Shown here: in pieces, positions 1 through 12,700 of the stretch
How the letters are laid out: every line of letters starts with the position of its first letter
Numbering within the stretch: the stretch's first letter is position 1
Assembly (NCBI RefSeq): GCF_037042905.1
Contig: NC_087245.1
Span: 15,936,001 to 16,000,000 of the forward strand
DNA length: 64,000 nt
From: Lytechinus pictus
Lineage: Eukaryota
Reading direction: 5' to 3'
Position numbers and translations under genes: made by a program
The notes under the pieces: model-generated
The model's database searches: none
Seen by the model: the letters and a program-made list of their open reading frames with translations, nothing else
Told to the model about the DNA's origin: nothing

Positions 1-1970
1 GCTAACCATACATTTATGGCATTGCATTCACCATTAGCTTGACTAGAAGCAATACGCGTTGATTTTAAAATTTGGCATCCATTTTCACGTCCTTCCTTTT
101 GTTTCAGTGATAGAGATAGCTAGGCATATGGGTGCTTTATATGATTTTATATTGTATTTCTTAAAATTTTGTTTTAAAAAGACCAACTTGCATTGATTCG
201 GATATCTTTAAAGGCTGTTTTAGACATTAGATATTTTGTAGGTACTGATTGCCGGCGTACATACCTTTAGAAAACAGGAAAGATGTTTTATGATAAGAAT
301 CTGCCCCCCCCCCCCCATAAAAACAAAGAAAAAAAATCAGGATATGATGCTTTGCATTGCCTGATTATAAAAAAATCACCTATTTACAACACAGTCTTGA
401 ATTGTCAGACTAAACATAGGTGGGTTAAGAAGGCAACTCTACTTGGGTAGAGGTGATTGTCACATCTAACATGTCTAATGAATATGTATCACCTTATGGA
501 CAGGAGCGTGGGAGAAGTATAGAGTGTTTATCCCATTGATAGAGATCCTTTAATGGCCTATGATGACATCCACTCATGGTACTCCATACATGTTGGTCTA
601 TCGGGCGGTCACTCGGGTAGTAAAAAGAATTAGGCACACGAAGATTTGAAGCGAAATCATGTCTTCCGACATGTGTCCGACTTTGTACTCTATCAAGTCG
701 AGCCTAGTCGCTTCCGGTATGTATTTACCATTTTCACACACAATGTGATTTATTTGGTGAATGATAAAAGAGCAATACATGTGGTCTAAATATGTCTCGC
801 TCAAGTTAGGACAAAAGTATCATGCAGAGGATAGAATCCACAAATTTCATGTAACTATTTATGTGTCTTAGACCACGGTACCTCCACTTTGCACCCCGAT
901 ACCATCCTCTCCTCCGTTTCGCTCCGTCCGACCGTCCATCCGCCCCCCCCCGTCCCTCTCTTCCTCCTTCCTCTCTTTATTTCCTTTTGTGTCTCCGTTA
1001 TATGTTTGGCCCTTCCCACTTCCATGGTTTAGCTAAGGATAAGACAACAAGCAGTAATCATAAATTGCCTTGTGGTTTTGTCCAAACGATCGACTAGAGT
1101 TGCGCCCTCTACGTTGTATCTGTGGATGATCTTCGGTGATTGAACCTGTTTGTAATCTGAGCGGTCATCTTGAAACGCGAAGAACACTCCGTTATCAACT
1201 TGGCGTATCACTTGAAATCAAGAAGTTCCCTTTGACCAATAATGGTGTGGCAAAGTAGTTACGGGTGAAAGAGCTTGATAAAGATTTAAATTTTCAAGAG
1301 GCAGAAGCTTCAATGATTCCATGATTTTGTGTAAATAGACTTCATTCTTGTGAACATCCTCAATACAATTTAACAGTGGTCATGTGAGAAGGAGTGGTGT
1401 GCAATCTGTCTTATTTCAGTTTTTTTTAATTTGTATTGTGGCCACCTTCTAATTTCCCTTTTAATATTTAATGTTTAGTCCCCATCGCTATTATTCTGAA
1501 GAGCCTAACATTACTTTCATGTTATGTTGCCTCAGGTTTTATCATGGCCAACAATTTCCTATTTTTTATATTTTCATTTTTGGTGAGGGGATGGTGTCTG
1601 AATTTTTTTACGAATGTGAACCTTTTCGTCTTGAAATTCCTGGCGCAATATCTTTGAATTCTCTTAATCAGGTTAGTTGCTCTTAGTATCATTATTATGG
1701 TTCACCACTTCTTCCATCACTATACCCTTTCGCAATATTCAATAATGAACATCGGCGTAATCGCCACCTCATATCATTGCAGTATTATAGTTTAATTATC
1801 ATGTACCTGATGATGCCACTATTATTTTTATACGAAACGGAATAAAATCAAAATAGATTGAATTTGATCATTGTTTTGATGATGAACACGATCACCATCG
1901 TTTTCATTGTCAATCGCATCATTATCACATAATCATTACCATCAACATCATCAATAGCATCAACACTATA

Positions 1971-2750
1971 AGTAAGAGTGTTCACACTCACCGTACGAGG
2001 GGTGCCACCTCACAAGGTTTGCTGGTGCCAATGGTGAAAAACTCAGATGGGGGAAAAAGTTTATCTCATGAAGGTTCACTCTTGTGGAACGGACTTCCAT
2101 CAGTGCTTAAAAATGCGCCAACTAAGGAAGCATTTATACATTTATACTGGAGACTAGTAAAAACTTACGAGAGGCTGTAATTGCATGTTTTTGTTTTCGT
2201 TTTTTCACCTGGCAAGTGAGTGTAAATCATGCAAATTGTATTTTTTTAATGCTAATCTTATGACATTAAAAAAATATATATTATGTTATCTTACATTATG
2301 TATTTTGTTTAGTTAAGATATAGGTAAAGTAAATGTAAATAATTGTTACGTAACTAGAATATTATCATCAAGTCAAATTAATAGTGAATAATAATAACAC
2401 CCACTTTCTATATATATTTTGTTTTCACGTACAAGCAAATAATGATAAATTGATAGAAATGTGCATAGAGGTTCTTTCATCTTCACTCAATTAAATATGA
2501 GTAAGTTACATTCAATTTTTTGAAATCCTGGTGAATACTGGTTCTTTTTATCAATTTACTCATTTTATTTTACTCTATTGTAATTATATTGTAATGTAAT
2601 AATGTCTATTTCACATGTTTTGTATATAATGTATTATGTTTGTTCGATGTATATATGTATTCGTGCAGGGCCCTGATTGAGAATATCAGTGTTTTAATCA
2701 CTGAGCAGGCTACCCTGGGTATATAAGACAAATAAAACAAAATAAATAAA
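1971..2750 (+). mobile_element. 5'-truncated non-LTR retrotransposon (L2/Crack-like, CR1 group): ORF2 C-terminus plus 3' UTR
   Basis: 1971-2180 reads SKSVHTHRTRGATSQGLLVPMVKNSDGGKSLSHEGSLLWNGLPSVLKNAPTKEAFIHLYWRLVKTYERL*, with the H-x-TR...P...G...LWN-LP..LK...F pattern of L2/Crack ORF2 ends. An AT-rich UTR follows, then a terminal stem-loop (tcagtg 2686-2691 / cactga 2699-2704, enclosed by caggg...ccctg) and an (AAAT)n-like tail ending at 2750. Confidence 0.8.
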
Positions 2751-3084
2751 TCGTCACCATCACAAAAAACACACATACCTTGTATTACATAAGCCATCGG
2801 CTAAGTAGTCTTCTTATACACCATCACGTTTGTACCCATCTCCACCTACTACACCATCATACTCTTACAAAATCATCAAAAAATTTGTAAATGTTCTATT
2901 TTATGATATTCCAAAAAGTTTCGATGATTTCTTGTGGCCGTTTGACAATTTAATTATTTTGGAAGCTTTGGCGAGAAGCTTTTAGTATTTCATCAGTCTA
3001 TGCAAGCATAAATCACGAAGTAGTAATTCGAAGCATGATAACGAGTGACAAAATAGAGACCACCAAAATTGTTCAATTCAGCAG

Positions 3085-6000
3085 GTTATATTAAAATAAT
3101 CTTTAATGTATACATCATCAATATATTACAACTGTCAGGATCAGAGAAATGAAACACTGTCAAGATAATAATACTTTTTCAATTTACATCGAAAAAAATC
3201 AGCCCAACGCAATATACAATAATATGTGCATTTCTAACAACAGAGGTACATACCCGAATGAAATAAATCAAATCGAACCCTCTTGATTGAATCGAGTATT
3301 ATGCTACATCACATAAATATAATACTCAACGCATTTGAAATGCTTCCATACGCATGCTACGGATACAAATATCAATTGAAAGTGAAATGAATAAATAATT
3401 GAATAGAGATTTATTTGATGAATACTTATAAGCACTAAGAAACAGAATGGAAATGACAAAGTACAAATATCGCGTTTTTGTCATGATTGTGATGTAAAAT
3501 GAAAATGTCTCGCACCATACATTTCGAATAACAGTGTACATCTTCAGAACCAAACTTGGGAGTCTACGATTTATAACAGTCCTGATATAGAGACAGCAAT
3601 ACGGAGCGTAGTGGTAAACTCTCATCCTCTTCACAAATCAGACGCTATTTTTTTTCTGAATGATAGCATGAAAAACGAGAAACACAATGTGTGGTAGCGT
3701 GGATTTGTTTAGTTCTCCGCGCAACCATCATCCAAGCTCCCGTCATAATTCACAAACTTCCTAACTTAAATCTATACTGCCATAAATGAGTATGTAATTC
3801 ATGATGATACATATTTATGACTTTACCGAAGCAAAATATATTGAAACTGCTTAATTATTCATGGAAAATAATAATCACCCCTGTCCAAATAGAATAAGAT
3901 CGTCATAGTCCTTATACTTTTACCCATCGAGGCAAAGAAATACTCGATTGTACCACGTGATTACATTGTTGACATAGTTAAAAATAAATTTGGCATGAAA
4001 TATTAGATTCATCATAGATGGCATTAAACTATTTCAAATTAGCATTAATATCTTTGATCATTATGGTACATATTGCAAAGAATACTGTCGTGCTATTTCC
4101 TCCGGGCTCATTTATAATCTCATGGGCATTTTCATTAGAATACATTAACAACCTTACTATAATGTCACTTTGATAAAGACATTGCAAATGGAGTAATGCC
4201 ATGTACTCTTTGCCACAAAACAAAAAGATCGTACAACCAATGGGGAATCTTTTTCGTATTTTTTTTGTAGGTTTAATTTTATCAACTGATTTTATAAAGA
4301 CGCCTTACTTTTCCCTTCCGCAACAAGGAAGCAATCACGATTGGACAGGGAATGTACAGCTACAGAATCTAATCGTTTCAATAATAAATTAGAATTCATA
4401 TTAAAAATTAGATATGCCATGACCATGATGACCTAATTTAGAATGATAATGACAAAATATGTGGGTATGAGTGATTTGCGTAGGTAAATTGGTCTTAACA
4501 TAATTACGAATTACAAACAAAAATTATGGACTTTTCTTAAATCCTTTCCAGTTTTTCGACTCCCCGAAACAGGAGACAGAAAAATATATAAAGAAGACCA
4601 ATAGTTTTAACTAGTGAAAATGTACAATTCACAAAAATAACATATCGAGTATTCAACTTCCCATCCATGCTCCACATGAAACAAGTTCACGTAACAAAGT
4701 CCAAAGTCGCATTCAACTCTGACCTCAGTGACGTCATCAACATGAAAGCCAAACTGTAAAATTCAGATATACATATCTATGTTATACATAATATACCAAT
4801 TACTTGACTTAGGAAAATGGGGATAATAAGATATTTACAAGATTGGTAGAAGAGGTAGGTTCATAAAAAATTTGCTTTGTACATACAGATTAATGACAAA
4901 AACTATACCACCATAATGAAACTAATTTCATTTTTTACTGTCGACATAGCCGAAATAAATATTTTGTACTCTCTCAATACCTCGAAACACAGACGAAACT
5001 AAACTACGCTTTACTTGTATATAATACAGTAGGTAATTATGTCATCTTTAGCACCATCGGAATAATGCAATTTCTGACAAACATCTCTCATAGAAAGTAC
5101 AATACTGAATCATAGCTAAAGTAAATAATTTGATTTTCTGTTGTTTTCATTTTGACGCAAACTTCTGAGAAGCGTCATGAAATAGCACAACATATATAAT
5201 CTACTTTACATGAGACTCTACATTGAGACTATAAACAAAAGTAATGACGAAATTTTATTCATAATTCATTACCATTTTTTTCCAAACGAAACAGGAAACC
5301 ACCTGACCTATGGCATGTCGATTGAATGGTGTTAAATGGTGTTCGGAGAAAGTTTGTAAGAGAAGGTTCAAAGAGTGTTATTAATCAAACGATGAAAACG
5401 AACCCCTTGACGAACGAAAAAAATAATGATTAATTCCGTGCACCCTATTCGATACCGAGTTTACTTTCGGAGCAAATTTAGTTCCAGCAAATGTACGCCT
5501 ACATTTTAAGAAAATATGACAAATAAACCTCCTCAAATTTCTGCAATACAATGACGGTATGTAATATTCTCGACTTTATAACCAATGGAAAATATCATAT
5601 TGCACATATCTGGCACGTTGTCATTATTCGTTATACAAAAATGAATTATTTATTGTGTTAGTTCAATAGATCAAAGAGTAATCACAAAATAAATCATCCT
5701 TTCATGATAGGGGAAAAGTATAATGTAATAATTATTGATTATTAGGCCTATGTATTTATACTCCGACATAATACAAATTTGAAAGATATATATCAAAGTC
5801 TTGATCTCACCCAAAAGGAGAAACAAGGGTGTGGAAACTGTTTGAACTATTTTCTTTTGCTATAAATCAAAGAACATGCAATTAACATAACATTCCCTTG
5901 CTATAATGAGAAAAAAATAATATATTCCTGCAATCATATTTCCCTGATCACGCTCAAATTTGCGGATATTGGAAAATTAAAGTGATTTTGGTAAATAAAT

Positions 6001-6763
6001 AATACCCGTAGCCTACAACAGTATTAAAATCACCAACATGACCAAATGTTGCATGATGATGTCGTATATTAATGGCGCCCCAATAATATCCACATAAATA
6101 ATAACTTCAAGTAGAAATTTAATTCCGCCAAGTCATCTTAATTATGTTAATCATAAAACATGAAATTAGTGGTATGTTTATAATCAAAAGTGAAAAGGAA
6201 TATTTCTAAACAATTTGTGTTTTCCAATTCCTATGGTTATGATTCCATCATTTCTATTCACTGTATGTGTCAATTTGTAAATATCATCGTTGAAAATAAA
6301 AAGAAATTATATTGAACAGCTTAGATTAAGAAAATACTAATGTAATATTGTGAGATAATCAGTTCCTTCTGTCATTCAAAGGGACTGCATTACGACATTA
6401 ATGTGAAGAGTACATGGACGGAGCGATTTGAACGCAGTTTCTACGGTCATTACTCTTATTAGTATCGCAGTATCTTCGCAGCAACCGGATTGGTCAGAGC
6501 ATGGACCTATAAGTGGGAAGTTCAAATGAAGCTCGTGATGACTATAAGCTCCGCTGCATGCAGGACCAGGCGATTTTTCTGCTCTAAGACGCTCAGTAGA
6601 TGGCGCTATGCAGCTTTCGTCACAGATCACAATTGACTTCGACAGACTCACACGACCTTGAGGTTTGACACTTTGCATGTTTCCAGTGGAAGGTCGTGGT
6701 TCGAACTCCCTTCAGCAGCTACCAATGCAGATACAGACTGAGCAGCATAGTACGTATTCTCTA
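3085..6763 (-). other. Putative long 3' UTR of cv2/bmper (up to about 3.7 kb)
   Basis: AT-rich, no credible ORF or further exon. Candidate poly(A) signals on the minus strand: AATAAA at 5649-5654, 5254-5259 and 3410-3415; ATTAAA at 3102-3107. The true end cannot be determined from sequence. Confidence 0.4.
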
Positions 6764-6774
6764 TCATGACATAT
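6764..6774 (-). CDS. bmper: exon 15 coding part: (D)MS-stop, followed at once by a second stop (TGA TAG)
   Basis: Strong pyrimidine-rich acceptor ctttgtcattttaaacag (AG at 6776-6775); phase-1 join gives GAT ATG TCA TGA; sequence becomes more GC-rich after the acceptor. Confidence 0.68.
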
Positions 6775-9700
6775 CTGTTTAAAATGACAAAGATATAACG
6801 AAGAAGAGTTTACATAAAAATACTAATCAATTGATGTGGGAAGACCAATTTAGGCCTGGGTGCATAACCGATATTATAAAGACATGTTAACTTTTTGCAG
6901 TACTTTTTTTTCAAGACGATTGAGTATGATATCTTTGGCAGCATGTGTGACTTAAAATGACGTAAATAAAGCGAATTATATTTCTGTTCAATCTTTCTAA
7001 TTTAGAAATGTTAGGCTTTATTGTCTGAAGGATGTGCTTAGTACGATCATTGTTACAGAATCTGAAATGAAAATAATTATTATACACTATATACATATCA
7101 TATCGAACGAAACACACATCTATCACAACATCAGAGAAAAACAAAAAGAGATAGACACCACATACAAATTGCATCATATTACTTACCTGAACACAATGCA
7201 TTCTGGGTATAGTTGAGTTCAACGCCCTGTCTACGGCATTCCCGGATGTAAGCTGATTCTGCCTCACACGAACATAGTCTGTCTTCCTGACATTCACACA
7301 TATCTGTTAAACAAGACCTAAAATTACAAATAGAGGAAGAAAAAAAATAACAGAAAAACGCTTTTCATAATTATACAATATCTCTGCATTCGACGTAGAT
7401 GATATGAATTCTTAAAAAAAAGCAAGAGTTCATTACCCCGAGTATAGGCCTACTAAAAGCACCTCCAATTCTCGGTCATATAACAGCGATAACATTTTAG
7501 TATGTATTATATAACAAGAATTATCTAACGCTCATGGGTAATGTAAAGGGATTGCTCTTTTAAAAAAAATCACCATATTTGATTATTCGCCGACCCCTCA
7601 AATGTTAAATTTATTATGAATATGTAAAAATAACATTTATTTCACTCAAGTCGACTAAATCTTCAACATGTCAGAGACATTGTTAGGGGAGGGATTTTCA
7701 GAGCATAAGAGGGATCCAAAATTGAGTGTAACTCTGGGACCATAGGCATTATGAGCTCTACAAGTTTTATTTTCTAATTGGGTTTATTCCTTGTATAAAT
7801 ATCTCACTAAAAATTTGACAACTGGGGTAGGAAAAGTGGGAAAAGAAAAGAATAAAAAGAAAAACAGAAAAATAATAGTAAAAATATTGAAATCCATTTT
7901 TACCTATAATAAACCCATAAATCGACGACATCGTGACAGGGTTGAAATTTCTTCGACTTGATAGTCCGGCACGCCCTCTGCGCCCGTCTTCTTGCAACGC
8001 TGTCGTCCCAGCAAGAATACTTTAACGCTTTCGTCACTGTCCTATCACAAAATTTATTTCCGCCGACTCTCCACGATTCTCCAAACGTTCTTACATCGTT
8101 CGTAAACTCGCCTTTGAGAGTTCTTAAATCATCGTGACGGTCCCCGTTGTAGTTACCACACAAACCACACATCTTGCTTTTGTACTGGGGCGGCACCGAC
8201 AATTCCACAAAACTGTCCCCGTCCCACGATAGAATTATACCTAAGGAGGGAAATTCATGGTTGGGAAATAATAAAAGAAGCATTATTTTCACATACATCA
8301 TTTTCACTAGGGTAATATCTTTTATTCTGAAATAATTTTCACTGTTAGTTGTGAATCTATGGCTTATATTTTGTTCCCTGTTCGAATATTCTCACCTGTC
8401 AATGTGGTACACATCAAAACAAAGAAAGTCTATTAGTTCAAATGCTTGAGAAATTTGAAAACTTCAACCTGACTGGCGAAACCCCCAAATGTTATTTTGT
8501 ATCACATAATGGAAATGCCAGTAATGGCAGATCTCCTATTAACATTATTAAATGTTCTAGGGTTATTTCCCTTTACAGAAGGAGAAAATAATATCTTGGC
8601 TGAGAAACTCACCTATATTTGTTTCTACTATGACGTTATAACTATCTTTGTATATCCTAAACGCTGTGTCGATGCTATAAGGAACTGTAATAGTCTCCCT
8701 GTTGACACGGACGACATAGTCTTGAAGCAGAGTGATTGAGTGTTTTCCAAGGGTCAGAAACACCGTCTTTGTCCAGGAGAAGGATTTGGTGTTGCGGCCA
8801 TCGTTGCGAACCCTGACCCGGAAGTCATTGGTACTGCAGTCGGCTGCCAGAAGGTACTTGCAACGGCCCTGGAAATTGAAGAGTCGGCCATCGAAAGAGC
8901 GGTAGTGTGGATCGCCGAATACTGTGCATACTCCATTTTCTGACAAAGTATAGAAAAAAAGAAATGCTAGATAAAAATAACTTCACAGGCAATAGTGAAT
9001 GACTAAATGAAATTTGGACAAAGCCCTGAAGTTGTTTTTAATATAGGTAGACAAAAGTCATTGTTCAGAGATAGAAGGCTGAGGTTTGTGTTCCGAAAAC
9101 TTTGCATCTTCAGTTTGTATTCATCATCTGAAAATTACACCAAAATAGGCCCCCAAAAAAGCAAAACAAAAAGCAAACAAACAAACAAACAACTCATTCG
9201 CTCTTTAAGAATGAAAAAAAAGAGCAGTTCAAATTTTTCGTTTATTCGCTGTAGATTGGGTTTAAAGTTCACTTTCGGGACATCCCTGTTTATACAGACT
9301 TTAAAAGCCTCATAAACTGAAATTCGAATTAGCATCAGAGTCCCTTTGAAACATGAATCATCGTCAGATCAAATCTATGAATTGCAAATTGTCATTGTTA
9401 AAGATCTAAATAACTCTTAATGGGTACAGGTAGTGATTTTGTCAAGTCATAATATCCGCGACCTAGTTTACGATGATAAAAGGGTGCGCGCTCAATATAA
9501 GTCAAATCAAGTTTCCGAACTTATCCACCGTCGGGAATGGTGAATTGCAGGTTGTAAGAAACCCCCTTTTGATGGATAAGAAATAAAACAGTTATCTTTC
9601 ACGATCAAAGGAAGGTAGATTCTGAGGTAATCAGGCAGAACACCAACCACAATATTTTCTTTTCTTCGAGAGAGGGTCGTAAAACCGGCCCCACAATCAC

Positions 9701-12700
9701 GGACAATATGCAACCAGCTCTGTTGGCGCTGTTTTTCTTTTATTCCTATATCTTTATGGTTCCAGGGCCGTGTCCCTGTCTATCTTCTCAGACTTTTTTT
9801 TTAAAATCACCGATGTCTTTAATATCATTGACCCCTTACTATGGACACAGTTATATTGTTGGCTTCTACGATTATTCCATCGTTATCCCGCCCAACTCTC
9901 CACCCTCACCTTTCTACAGCAGAACCCCATCTTAATTAGCCCAGTTCCTCAGCGCGGGATTTCGTACAAGAATATTTTGCTCGTCACATCGGACTAGTAG
10001 TAGTTCAGTGTGTATATAACCATGGACCTTGTGTAATTACTGAGCCCAAGAGCTGAAATAATATCTCTCTCATGACTAGTTACCAGGAGCCAGGACGTTG
10101 TCAGGACTCCGTTTCTTAACTTACTATGTCGTCCTCTCTCCGTACATCAACATTAAATTATTTTCTCTTTCTTTTGAAATATTGCCTTAAACATTTTATC
10201 TGACACCGTTAGTTTAAATGGGTATTCGTTAGATGAATCTTTTAAAGGATTAGGTTTACCCCCCCCCCCCATCTGCATTTGCATTTTTACGTCCCATAAA
10301 AGTGCAAGCAGATACAACACTGTTATTTTGGTGCACAGGGGGAAAGGTCGAAGAACACTTGGGGATGGAAAGATAACATGCGCCCGCTGTTGACGAGAAA
10401 TGGGTTAATGGTGTCAATCGTTTTCTTTACTCTTTTTCGTTTTCTTTTCACCGGCCCCAAATCAAATGAAAGGGAACAGTATCATAGACTCAACAAAAGA
10501 AACCGGCCTCTTTTCATCACAATTTTGATAACCCAATTTAAGAAGAATAAAAGAACTTCAACAAATTGCTGAATTTGTGAACAACGCTGGACTCTATATC
10601 GAAAAGCTCTTCAATATTTACACAAAAAAGCCCGAATAAAAGTAAAGGATAACTTTGTGATCGCAACCTATTGGTATAATAAGCCATCAAATTACTATCT
10701 ATCATGGAAGTGATAAGTCCTGTGTTCCGTCATACTAGCGATAAATTACTTTATTTATCATCTTCCATTGAGTTCCAGCACATACTGATCATTCTATTCG
10801 ATAAGGGCCTTCAAAGCCCGATATTATCTCTCATAATTGGCGGCTTTATCCATATTTATCGCGCCGTGAAAACGCGTGAATAGCACCTTTCCTCGCCTGC
10901 CAAACAAGCAAAGATGGATGACGGATGCGGAGATCAAAATCGATGTTTTGTGCCAAAAAAAGTTCCTAAACTTGATAAAATATTTGCACACTGTGATGTT
11001 ATCGGCATTCCATTTTCGTTTCAGCATCGGCCCCTTTTCACTCCCAAATCCACCCTGTGGTTTTCGAGTGGTGTTCCCCAAACTCCCATAGTCTATATAC
11101 ACACAATGGTAACTCTTGGGTTACAATCCGCATTCTATCATACCCTTTGTAGGTCTTGACATTGATAGATTCGGTGCCCATGGCAAGATATTTATGAATG
11201 AAGTTCATTTTTCCTTCGATGTACGTGCCTTTCGATACTCGACCTTGGATAAAAAAAGTTCCCCATAAATACTTATAGTTACAATGAATCGTTCATTGTT
11301 CCAAGATAAACACTCTTATAAAGTTAAACGGGTACTTTATGACTCTGAGGAGAATGTTCAGAAAATGGCCTAAAGGAAAGACAGGATATGGTTGTGTCGG
11401 TGATGATATGCATAAAGGAACCATGAAGCATTATGTTGTACATAAGGCATTTGGTCGTGATAAACTCACCCCATTATAACCAATGATTGGAATACATTTA
11501 AATCCAACAATCTATACATTCGCGAGTGTACAAGCAAAATCTGCAAGAATCGTGAGTCGTTCATTTATACTGATGATAGCTTGTTACACGGTGTCTAGAT
11601 CACAATCAAGTTTTTACTCTTAGATCCAAATTTTTAGCTCACATTAACCGTATACATCTACAGTATGTAAACTCAAAGGTCATAAGACACGTAGCTGTCC
11701 AGTCATAGTACGGCGACCTACAATTTTCATGTCTTGACTGTTTTCTGCCAACAGAATTCAAGATTATGGCAAAACAAAAATCGTGAGGAATATACTGAGC
11801 CCATCGTCTTCATTTATTAACGGAATGTGACGCTGGGTTTAATTCGGACTTCCCTGTAATCCTGACAAAAATTACTGCGAAATAACAACGACAAACTTAC
11901 TTTCTATGCACTGTGGACAGCAATCTCCTTCGAGCGTCTTCAGTTCAAAATTCTAGAAAAAAAAAACAAGATAATAATATATATGAGAACTGTATTTAAA
12001 TTTCATGATATTTTCCGTGGCGTTTGAGTCCCTTTCAATAATTAACTTTGTCAAATGGCTTTGAACAGAAAACAGACCACAGAGAATGAAAAAGGGAAAT
12101 ATTTTGTTCGTCTATTTTTCTGTTAGGACAGGAGTTATAATCGCTTGAAATCAGTAATGCTTGTAGTTTGAGGGCAAGTTATAAAAAAAAATCTGAAATG
12201 AATTATTTCGAAATAGAAGAAGTCAAACAACTGATTTCAAACAAATGAAGTAGAATAAAAATTCCAGGGAATAAAAATGATGAATAAATTCAAAACATAA
12301 TACAAATGAAATCATTAATATATTTCGCACAATATATTGAATTTATTTATTTCATTCAGCCAATACTGAATCCTATCGCCAGTGTTCGTTTGCTATATTT
12401 GCTGAACTCACAACAATTACTCCTATATATCATTAAATAATTTTCACCTTTATAATTTCTTGCAATTATCCTTAGTTGTTTAGATAATCTGTGATCCATT
12501 CTTTCACTCGTTTTGCTCACCAAAGTGGATCAGTTTGGGATCGTTAATCAATTCAACATCAATACATTTTGTCATGCTTGTAAGGAATACCTCTTCATAA
12601 TACCAAGTAATCCCTGGCACTAATTAGAATACTCAATATCTTACAAGTCATTGTGCTATTGTTTTGGAAAGGAACTGCTCAAAGGATTCTGCATTATGAT

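Noticed and set aside
7187..8939. Mucin, vWF, SCO-spondin or kielin identity for the vWD-C8 exons
   Set aside because: A single vWD preceded by exactly five vWC domains, plus QRKVFDL and SFSWTK motifs, is the Cv2/BMPER architecture.
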